A DNA stretch of 63,307 bases, the filler included, from Basidiobolus ranarum (lineage: Eukaryota): the NCBI GenBank assembly GCA_040143965.1. It is 10 parts of 10 records of this genome, joined end to end, with 100 filler letters (N's around TTAATTAATTAA, not from the genome) between each part and the next. Parts side by side here need not be neighbours in the genome. Positions count along the whole stretch, not along the records: positions 50,756 to 56,983 come from JASJQH010008247.1; positions 57,084 to 63,307 come from JASJQH010008248.1; 8 more parts are not named here. One strand, written 5' to 3'. The position numbers and the translations under genes were made by a program. This document shows, in pieces, positions 51,370 through 61,906 of the stretch (positions are counted from its first letter, which is position 1; each line of letters starts with the position of its first letter). The notes under the pieces were generated by a model. It was not told the origin of the DNA. It worked only from the letters and a program-made list of their open reading frames with translations, and did no database searches.

Positions 51370-53969
51370 GCATCTTGAGGTCTTAAATTCCAGTAGTTTT
51401 TGTTCTAAACATGAAATTAAGCTACAAACTACTGAACCTTATACTCCACAGCAAAATGGAGTTGCAGAACATGCTAATAGGACCATAGTGGAGATGGCAA
51501 GATCAGTGTTACATGATCAAAAGTTAGATTGCCAATATTGAGCTGAATCTGTCTCCACTGCAGCCTATATCAAAAACAGATGCCCAACAAGATTGATACA
51601 AAAATCTACATCTTAAAAGCTCTATATGGATCAAACCCAAGTGTGGATCATCTCAGGTTCTTTGGTTGCACAGCATATTGCCTAATTCCAGCTCAAAAAT
51701 GCTCTAAATTGGAATCTAAAAGCGGTAGATGATTATTTCTGGGCTACTGTGATGGATCTAAGGCCTACCAACCACTTGATATCAAAATTCAGAAGTAAAT
51801 TAATTGCAGAGTTGTGATTTTAGATGAAAAGCAAATTTTACACCTTAAATCATAGTTCTTGATCCAGAAAACACAATCAGGACTATTCTAGAAGTATCTG
51901 GCAAAATTCCAGCTGTATCTGAGCCCTATTCAGGCAAAAATCCAGTCAGAATCAAATCAGACAATGATTGAGGACCCAGGAGATCATCCAGAAGGAGTAA
52001 TAAGCCAGGGAACTGGTGGAACACTTGCAATCATGATGTATATACTTATTCAAAATTCTGTGATGAGTCACAGACTCTAGATCAAGCTCTGGTGTATCCA
52101 GAATCAAAATGATGGAAAATGCAGTGTCTGATGAGTTTTCTTCACTTCAGGACAATAAAATGTGGGTTTTAAGTCCTCTACCATCAGGGAGAAAGCCAAT
52201 AGGGTGCAATTAGGCATACAAAGTCAAAAATTGAGCCAACAGAAGCATATAAAGGTACAAAGCAAGATTAATTATAAAGGTTCTTCCCTGACTCTAGGAG
52301 AAGATTTAACAAACCTTTGCTCCAGTAGCTAAGTTGAGCTTCAGTAGATCAATCCTGCCACTCAGCTATCCATAACCTTGATTTACATCAAACGGGTGTA
52401 AAAACAGCCTTTCTGAATGGAAATCTAGAAGAGATTTAGATGTAGCAACCAGATGGATTTGTAGGCTCAAAACACCCTGATATGGTCTGTATACTGCAAG
52501 AATTGCTCTGTGAACTCCAGTAAGCACCTTGGGCATAGTACAGCAAGATTTGTAATAACTGGAAATCCAAATATGCACAGCAGATCACAGTACTTCCATT
52601 AACACAACTGGAAAAAGGAACCTTATCTTGGCACTAGATGTGGATGACCTGATCAAAGCCACAAATAATCTACAAGCACTTAATCAGGCAAAACCAGATT
52701 ATCAAGCCAACTTCAGAAGATATTGGTGAATTCAGTTATTCTCTTGGATTCAACATCAAGAGAGATAAATGCAATCAGAAATAATGCTGAATTAGTCAAA
52801 AATATATCTTAAACATGCTAAAATGCCTAAACATGAAGACTAGCAAGCCTGTATCAACACTAATAGATCCTAATGTGAAATTGATCAAAATTTTATCTGA
52901 TTTGGCCCAAAATCACTCAAATCAAAGCTAGAAGTTCACTTATCAATCCATGGTGGGTAGTTTATGTACACAATGGTTATAATACATCCAGACATTGCTA
53001 TGGTAGTGGGAACTGTGAGCCAATATCTCAAAAATCCAGAATATGAGCACATAACTGCAGTGAAGCAAATATTCAAGTATTTGAGAGGTACAGTATATCT
53101 AGTTCTGTAACACTGCCACTCCTGATACACAAATTTTTGAATATTACAGTGATGCAGACTGGGGAAAAAACCTTGTTGATAGAAGATCAACAACTAGGAA
53201 CACTTTTCTCTATGGTAATGGAGCCATAACTTGGAATAGTAGAAGCAACTAACCATTGCACTTTGCACTATGGAGGCTGAGTATATGGTTGCCTCTGCTA
53301 CTACACAAGAAGCTATGAGGCTAAGGAAGTTATTTCTAGAGTTAGGGTACTTGTAAAAATGTGCTATTTTTGTATTTGAAGATAATCTAAGTTGTATTTC
53401 ATCAGCTAAAAGCCCTACTTATCATGGTGGAACAAAGCACATAAATGTAAGGTATCATTATATTGGAGAAGCAATAGATAATGATATAATTGAACTTGTC
53501 TATTGCCCTACTGAAGAAAAGATAGGTGACATCTCAACCAAATCTTTAGCTAAAGCACAACTTGAATTATCAAGATATAGGTTAGGTTTAAGAGAGATAC
53601 AAAATATTTAGTTGAGTGGGAATGTTGAAATTGGGTAAATAGCATTTCATTGCTTAGTAGTTAGTTTATTCCTATTCTGATTATTTAGCACTCTGCCATT
53701 CAAAAACATGTGTTTATTGCTCTAATATATAGAAATATTGATAGGATCATATTTACCAATTTTCACTGTTTTCTCATAACTTCTCCAAATCACTTCAAAT
53801 TTTTACCCATGCTTAAGAGGCATGCTTGTCAAGATCTAAGCATGTCCATTAGTCCTATTTCATAGCAAACTACTAATAGGATAAATTCAAATCAACAAAA
53901 CTTAAGAGTACAATTAACAAATCCAAATCTTGTCCAAAACACTTCCAAATCCCTCAAACACTTTTATCA
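51370..53969 (+). mobile_element. Decayed Ty1/Copia element: integrase, RT, RNase H, PPT and 3' LTR family B (53623-53969)
   Basis: PYTPQQNGVAEHANRTIVEMAR integrase motif; RT/RH remnants; GAGTGGGAA PPT followed by TGTTGAAATTGG...CTTTTATCA. Confidence 0.92.
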
Positions 53970-54635
53970 ATGAGCACATTGAAAAGAGCCCTTTGTTGTA
54001 AGGTTATATATTTAGGAGTGTCTGCAACCCCTTGCATGACATCCATCACTGATTTTGCTGACACATTTTTAATTAGATTAATAAACAGTAATATTGATGA
54101 TTCCACATGGAATCTCATTTCACCACTGGTGAGCCCCACTGGGAACTTCCACAATGTATACCAAGGGCCTATAATCTCTAAGCATTGTGAAAGATGCCGC
54201 AGTGAATGTATTGAATACTGGCATAGATTCAGTTTTTTTTTCTTTAAACTTGTAACAAAGTTTTTCATTACAATTACATAATCTTTGCAAAATTATTGTA
54301 TCTGTCTTAGATCTGCCAATGTAAGTTGATGCAATGAATATTTATTAACAATAACCATAAACAACTCCCAATGCCGCCAATACTTATCAGGCAGAAATCT
54401 TTACAAGATTTCACTTGAATATATGAATCCCACACTTACAGTCCTTTGATTTGAACAAATGCCTATACAAGTGGATATTTATGGGAGTCCTAATAAGATA
54501 ATATGGCAACTTGATGCTTTCAAGCAATTTTCCAATGAAATCAAACATTGATCTAATCTTAAATGGTTCATTCATATTGAATTTTCAACTGTATAGCTTA
54601 GTAATTAGTATTTGAATGTTGTTGAATAGTAAGTG

Positions 54636-54917
54636 TATTGAAAGTCTGGTGACTTGTGGTACAAGCAATAATTCCCAAACAGGAAAATATGGAGCATGGT
54701 GACTGCATCTGAACACAATGTCTAAGGCCAATCAGTTGCTCGTATAGCTGAAATGCCAAAGTACCATACATTGACAGACTAGGTTAAGGTTCCCTAGCAA
54801 TATAGGCATAGCATACAAGAACTGGTAGCTCAGTTGTTAGAGCACCTTGCTAGAGTGAAGGTGGTCCCAGGTTCAAATCCTGGTTGGACCAATATTTCTC
54901 CCTAAATAATTTCAATA
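54636..54917. mobile_element. Second 282-bp solo-LTR-like insertion with tRNA-like cassette, TSD AAGTG
   Basis: TATTGAAA...TTTCAATA; AAGTG at 54631-54635 and 54918-54922; the empty site is visible in the paralogue at ~47131-47150 (TAGTAAGTGCATAGTGCCTG). Confidence 0.92.
54819..54891 (+). tRNA. tRNA-like sequence (second copy), nominal anticodon AGA
   Basis: D-arm GCTC/GAGC, identical CCTTGCTAGAGTGAAGG arm, perfect T-stem CCAGG-TTCAAAT-CCTGG; degraded acceptor stem. Confidence 0.7.
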
Positions 54918-56230
54918 AAGTGCATGGTGCCTGCTAGGAGGCTCTTGCTCCAGCTCTTCCCCTGTGGCATTATCATCTTATGCTTATGGCTAATATCAAG
55001 TTTGATGTTAGGCTGACTATTTGGTGAATAGATATCAGTGAGCATGTTGATATCTGGCTAGAATCTTGATGGTAAAGACAGGAAGTTCAGTGTTGTATTT
55101 GGATAGTTATAATATGCATGCCTGATAGAGTAAACTTCATTGATTTGACAAAATCTACACCACATAAGTGCATTGTGTACACTAAAACCTCCTAGTTTAT
55201 GCATGGCAGGAATGCCATCAATACATACAATGATAGTACCTTTAGAGAAATATTCACCCATCTGAACCCCAGCAGATAACCATTCCAATTCTGCTATCAA
55301 AGGCATCAAGAAGCCATCTATAAGCACTGGTGATTTAGGTCCTGATATGATGAATAGTATCAAATTATTATGACTCTGATACCATCCAGAAGGATGAAGA
55401 TTGAAAATTAATAGAAAATATTGGCTATCAAGCCCTTCCAACAGTAGATTTGTTTGGTCAGAAACGATCCAGAGGCAATGCAAATGCATGCTCATGTGTG
55501 TTCTCAAAGAAACCTGGATTTTTCAGGTGTTTGTATTGCTGTCCATCAAGAATACTGCTAATTCCATCATACTGATGGTGAGTGCTTTGGTATTGGATCA
55601 ATGATCTACATTTGGGAGATTTCCTCAAAACTCTAAAACTTCACAATGGGAATTAACAGTATGCCAGCCAAATGGGAACAATATTTACCTGATTCAGTGA
55701 TTGCCAATTGAGCACAAACAGTACATGACTTCAGTGTATTCAGATCACTGATGAAAGCTATACAACCATTTGGACATGAGGGTAGTTTAATTACTGAAGG
55801 AATACAAGTCATATGATAGACAAGTGCTTTCTGCTTGCACCAGCTATGTGGCAGGTAACAGGTGCCAATCAACTGAGGTAGAAATGTAAGAAAACCAATA
55901 AACACCTGATTGCCAAAATAGGATTGAACTCTCCACTCCACAATAATCCAAGCTGCTTTCTTTACTATAAGTGTTATGAATGGACCAATTATTACCTATC
56001 AAAAAGAGTTCACAACCAAACTATTGTCATCTTCTGTAACTTCTGATGTACTACCATCAGCACTGAATAACCAAGGTTCCCATCATACATCAAGTCCTCA
56101 AAGTTGCCAAGACTTACTGGTTTAACAAAAGTTGAATTTGTACCAACATCATTCTGGTCATACAACTGTGGTAACTCCATGGTATCTTGATTTTTGGCAG
56201 TTTTACCAATACTGTAAGGCTAAGCAAAGC

Positions 56231-56983
56231 CACCCTAACAGAAATTAGGGGATTGTTATCATGGGAAAACCATCCCATTTTAATCCATTTTGGATTGACT
56301 ATTTACTCACCATCATAAAATTTGCAAGTTATATTTAATTCTAAGTACTTTTTTCAGTTTCAGGAGTGAAATTCCAAGATCTTGCAAAACAGTTGTACAA
56401 AATTAGCCACAATCTCAGAGAACTATGGATCAACACATGTTCAAAAAAAATAACTTAAATTTTACACATTTATCACTTGAATTCTAATTTGTCACCTTTG
56501 AAATTCCTGGTTTCTTTGAAATATTCACCAAAATATTTTTATAGTGTGCTACATACCTAAGGTTTAGCTCATATCTGACATGAGTTTGTATCAGTATCTT
56601 CATCAAAGCTTACCATTTTATTATCATTGCAGAATCAACATTCTTCCAGCTATCTGGCAGATACCCTGCCATATAGTGCCACTTTGTATTAAGTTCTTCA
56701 CAGATATATGCATGGTCATAACCATACTGAATGTCAAGTTCAATGTTCTTCTTCTGAAGCTACTTCCTGCATGTTTGTCCTGTGTTTTTCTCATAATACT
56801 TTTGAAGTTACTTCTCCAGCACTTCAACTATGTTTCTATGTCCTCATAGTGGGACACTACTGAGAGGGTTTTGCAGTGTTTGTGTGGCATTTTGCTTGCC
56901 TTGAAGTTTGAGGCTAATTTCAACACTTTGAAAGGCTCTGGTTGAGGTTAGAGAGCCATGAGTTTTATTTGCTGGTGTTTTGG
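56231..56983 (-). mobile_element. Family U element 3' part with terminus CACCCTAACAGAAATT
   Basis: Homologous to 49136-49890; cut by the contig end. Confidence 0.82.
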
Positions 56984-57083
56984 NNNNNNNNNNNNNNNNN
57001 NNNNNNNNNNNNNNNNNNNNNNNNNNNTTAATTAATTAANNNNNNNNNNNNNNNNNNNNNNNNNNNNNNNNNNNNNNNNNNNN

Positions 57084-57910
57084 GGCTACCAACATGCACC
57101 CTGTGTAAGAAACCTTGATGATACAAGATTGACAATTGGGTACACTTCTCTCTATGGTGATGAAGACATAACTTGGAATAGTAGGAAGCAACCAACCAAA
57201 GCACTTTCCACAACAGAAGCAGAGTATATGGCTGCCTCTGTTACTACACAAAAAGCTCCATGGTTGAGAAAGTTATTAACAGACTTAGAAACACATGCAA
57301 AAACATGCTATTACTGTGCTTGATGATATTCTAAGTCAAATCACATGAGCTAAAAATCCTACATTTCAAGATAGAACAAGACAAATATATATATTAGGCA
57401 ATGTTTTCTTAGAGAAGCAATAGAGAATGATAAAATTCAACTGGTCTATTGCCCGGCTGAAAAAAATTGCTGACATCTTGACCAAGCCTTTAGCTATAGC
57501 AAAACTTGAAACTTTAAGACATAAGTAATGTTTAAGAGAAATACAAATAATTAATTGAGTGGGAATGTTGAAGTTGGGTAAAAGCAACTCAATATTAAAT
57601 AGTTAGTTTATTTTTATTCTGATTACTTAGCACTCAACTCTGCCATTCAAAAATATGTGTTTATCGCTCTAATTAATAGAAATGTTAATTAGATCACTTT
57701 TCCCTATCTTTACTATTTTCTCAAATCTTCTCCAAATCATCTCAAATATCCACCCATGCTCAACAGGCATGTCTGTTTTGATCTAAGCATGCCCAACAGT
57801 CTGGTTTAGTAGTAAACTATGAGTAGCACTTATTCACTGTTAAGAAAACCTAAGTGTCTAGGTCACAAGTCCATGTGTGGTACCAAACAAATCCAAATCC
57901 ACTGTACACT
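57084..57910 (+). mobile_element. Copia RNase H end, PPT and LTR family B (from 57566)
   Basis: ITWNSRKQPTKALSTTEAEYMAAS; IADILTKPL; GAGTGGGAA followed by TGTTGAAGTTGG. Confidence 0.85.
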
Positions 57911-57944
57911 TTAGTTATTTATATGAGTCATTATGGGCTAAATT

Positions 57945-58930
57945 GTATGAAATTTTGATTTATTTCACATTGGGATCCATAGGGGCAAATACAGGCTTGC
58001 TATACTTATGTTGAGGCATTATATTATCCCCAAGATGTATCTGGACTGATTCAGCTTGATTTTCTACTTGGCTTTACTTCTCTTGATTTGGATCACAAGA
58101 AAATAACTCAAATCACCCATATCAGTCATCTGAAATTGCTTGATAAGCTACTTTTGGCCCATATTGGGGGCTTCTAGATCATTTGTGGCAATGATCAAGT
58201 CGTCACTATATAGTGCCAAAATAAGGATCCTATATCTGGTTGTTTTGATGTGAACATTGTAATCTGCTGTGAATATTTAGAACTCCAGTGATTCCAAATA
58301 GAAATCCATCTTGTTATACCATGTCCTGGGTGCCTGCTTGAGTCTATACAGCAATATTTGCAGCTTACAGAACCAATCAGGGTATTTTTAGTTGATAAAT
58401 CCATCTGATTATTCTACACAGCTCTCTTCTTCTAGAGTTCCATTCAGAAAGTCTGTGTTTACATTCCTTTGATGTAAATCAAGGTTATGGATTGCTGAGA
58501 GTGCAAGGATTGATCTGATGGTTCTAAACTTAGTGACTAGAGCAAAATTTTTATTAAAGTCCACTCCTGGAGCTTCAAAATAGCCTTTTTGAACTAATCT
58601 CACTGCATTGGTGGTTGAAGCCTTAAAACCCATGTATTGTTGTCCTGAAGTGGAGAAAACTCTGAATAGAATTTAGAAGCAGTCTCATTGGGCATCTGTT
58701 TCTGATATAAATTGCAATGGAGACATATACAGCTCAATATTAGTTATCTAACTTTTGATCATAAAACATGAATCTTATCATCTACACTATGGCCCTATTG
58801 GCACATTCTGCAACACTGTTTTGTTGAGCAGTATCAGGTTCAGTAGTTTGTTGCTTCATGTATTGTTAGGAACAAAAAGCAGCCAAGTCTTAAGAGCAGT
58901 AATTTCAAATTTATCACTACTAGTACCCTT
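57945..58930 (-). mobile_element. Internally deleted Copia RT/integrase remnant
   Basis: RLVQKGY...PGVDFNKNFALVTKFRTIRSILALSAIHNLDLHQ...FLNGTLEEE. Confidence 0.8.
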
Positions 58931-58969
58931 ATTTTATGTGCTGATTATTAATCTCCATTGTTTTGTTGT

Positions 58970-61010
58970 GCTTGAATAGAGCTAAGGCTTTAGCTTTTGA
59001 TTTGGGAAAGAATACGCAATATATATCTTGTACAAATATTTTGCTTAGATAACATCTCAAAGTTAAAGGGTCTAACCAATGTCAATCTTATCCCCCCTAT
59101 CACTGTCCAAGATACCATATCTGGCTTTTATTTACTCATATCAGGCCTCTCCTTACCTTCTGACATGTTTGTATCTAGTCTTGTCACATTTTAGAGAGAT
59201 GCAAGGATTCTGGGAACAATAGGGATTATAAAAAAAGCAAAAACATTTTGTCAAAGATTTATTTATGGCAACATTATATGATGTTGCACAATATCTGGAG
59301 AGATTGTGAAGAAGAAAGTTTCAAAGAATATTCTTGATAGCACCAATATAGACACTATATATTCTTCTCATATTGTGGAAGCATTGGAATTTCTATCAGA
59401 GATATATCACTCATATAAAAGTTTACCTATTTCTTTTTCCAGTTTACTTAGAGATAAAAAAGGCTTAGTAACTATAGTAGAATATGGGGCAAAAGGGACA
59501 AGAGAATAACATGAAATAAATATAGAGTTGGGACAACAGTATATATTTGGAAAAAAAGTTGAAGAGGGTTTTATAAGAAATTCTGATGTTAAATGGTTAA
59601 ATCCACTAGAATTTTTTGTCCACCAAATGTTTGCAAGAGAGGGAATTATAAATATCTGAAATAATCTTGACATCACAGGCTATTTGAATAGATGATCCAG
59701 ACAACTCTTGGCCAATGTTGAAGTTAAATATAATGGCACAATAGGTAGCCTAAATATGGTATCAAGCTTTTAAGAAACTCCTCTGCAGTATTAACCATTT
59801 TCTTCATCTATACAAATAACTTGTCCTAATTTATAACTGTGCCCTCTACAAATTATATCTGCAAAAACAAGTTTGGACAGGTACCAATTGGTGTTTGTCT
59901 ATCACAAAGTAGCTTCAACTCTTCCATATTGGCCACACTGTGCTTGAGGACTATCTGGGTAATTATAGACAAGAGTTTCTTTCAGAGTCCTATTATATGA
60001 AAAATGGTTGACTATATGATAATCATATGCCAGTTCCAGTATATCCTTATTACACTGCATCAATTGCATTATTGCAGCATTATTGCTTGTCATGGCTTTT
60101 AAACAGTTTCATGGTTCAATTGTTGAGATGCAACACCATTTGACATTTCATTGTTTTACCAGCTACAGACTTTACAATGGTGGTAGACATCTTGTGAACA
60201 GTACCTTGTCTTCTGGTAATATATGATATCTCTTTTCATCTAAATGTAAATCAAATATTTGGATATCTACCAGGTTTTGCAACAGATCATCAGAGTATGT
60301 TTTACCATTCATGACTAGTACATTTTCCAACATATACTTTAATACTATATTTTTGATATATGAAACACATGTCTCAGACTATTGGACAAATCTTAATTTT
60401 ATATCCTCTGGATTTAAGTTTGCCCCAAATAATTGTTTTGTGATAAAATTTGTGGGAAAAGGGGTGGTTAGGTATGACCTGCCTTTTGGATTATCTATTT
60501 TCGGTGTAGACTTTTGGGGTATCATATTACTAGGAGAGGCAATTATTGGATCCAATAACATATCATGAATTGATTCTTTGGTACATTCTGATACCCTGCT
60601 AATGAAAGTCATAAACTCTGGATCTTTCCTAAGAATGTCTAAAGTAAAGCATGCATCCAAATATCTGGAATATACAATCCATGTAAGCTGTATTCTTGTT
60701 AGACTGCTGTTTTTTCTTAGCACCTTAGTTTCATATGGTGTCAACAGCTTTTCCTTTTCTGGCAAACCTCCATTTAGTAAAATAGGTCTGGACACAATTT
60801 TACATAGTCCTCTTCTTTAGAATTAATTATAAAATATTTTAATATTCAATGATATCTGTCATACTTTGTGATAGACAACTCCATCTAGGTTTTTATAGAC
60901 TCTGGTATGTAAACATTTTCCTGCTTTACCACACTTGTTCTCTAACAAATTAGTAATATTTCCAAATCAAGTCTTGACATATATAATGCAACCAGAAGAA
61001 TTAGTTGAAC
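58970..61010. pseudogene. Fragmented, compact two-barrel (beta/beta'-like) RNA polymerase of probable linear-plasmid or viral origin
   Basis: + strand ~59460-59750 reads through stops as IVEYGAKG...LGQQYIFGKKVEEGFIRNSDVKWLNPLEFFVHQMFAREGIINI*NNLDITGYLNR*SRQLLANVEVKYNGT, matching Rpb1/beta' regions F-G. Weaker beta-like and beta'-like pieces lie on the minus strand. Confidence 0.78.
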
Positions 61011-61906
61011 AAAATCACCCTGATCAGATCTGTAAACTGCAAAATTGCAATATGGACCCCAGCAAGCATGCAGGGCTTGGTACAACAAGTTAGATACCTG
61101 TTTGGAGTCACTAGAGGCCCAAAGATTCATTGCAGAGCATAGTTTTTACATTAAAGCAGCTGGTAATTGGATCCTTATGATTACACTCTATGTGTATGAC
61201 TTGATCCTATTCATAAATGACCTAGAAGCACTTGATCACACAAAAAGCAGCCTATATAACCAGTTGCAGATGACAAATACTAGTAAATTCAGTTTTTTCC
61301 TTGGATATTAAATCATAGGAGATAGACCCAATCCAAAAATCATGCTAAATCAGTCCCGATAAATTGTAGACATGCTAAAATGCTTCAGCATGGAGAATGG
61401 CAAGCTTGTACCAACACCAATGGATCTCAATATGAAAATAAATAAAATTTCAGCAAATATGGTACAAAATGAATTAAAACAAAGCCAGGAGTTCTCTGAG
61501 CAATCCATGTTGTGTATTTTGATGTATCAATTGGTTGGAAAATGTCCAGACATTGGTGTAGCAGTGGGAGTTGTGAGCCAATAACTCAAAGTCCAGGATC
61601 TGAGCAAAATATCATAGAAAAAAAAATTGGATACCTGAGAGTAATTGTAGATCTGGTTTTAGATTATTCTGGCACTCCTGATGTGCAAAATTTTGATGGC
61701 AACAGTGAAGCAAACTGGAGAAGAAAACTTGATGATAGAAGATTACCAACTGGGCACACATTTCTGTGTTGTAATGTTGCCTTAACTTGGAACAGTAGGA
61801 TGCAACATACCATTGCACCTTCCACTACACAAGCATAGCATTTGGCTACCTACACAAGAAGCAAAGTAGCTGAGAAGGGTACTTACAGACTTAGGATACA
61901 TGCAAC
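61011..61906 (+). mobile_element. Decayed Copia RT/RNase H remnant
   Basis: RAWYNKLDTCL...ITLYVYDLI...; CPDIGVAVGVVSQ; interrupted by an LTR at 61907. Confidence 0.85.

Larger units (their letters stand above)
53970..56220 (-). mobile_element. Decayed CACTA/En-Spm (Transposase_21-like) transposase
   Basis: CPNGCIAF...CTVC; NLHP...NLILFIISGPKSPVLIDGFLMPLIAELEWLSAGV...DGIPAMHKLGGFSVHNALMWCRFC, the typical Tnp2/PF02992 pattern. Confidence 0.85.
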
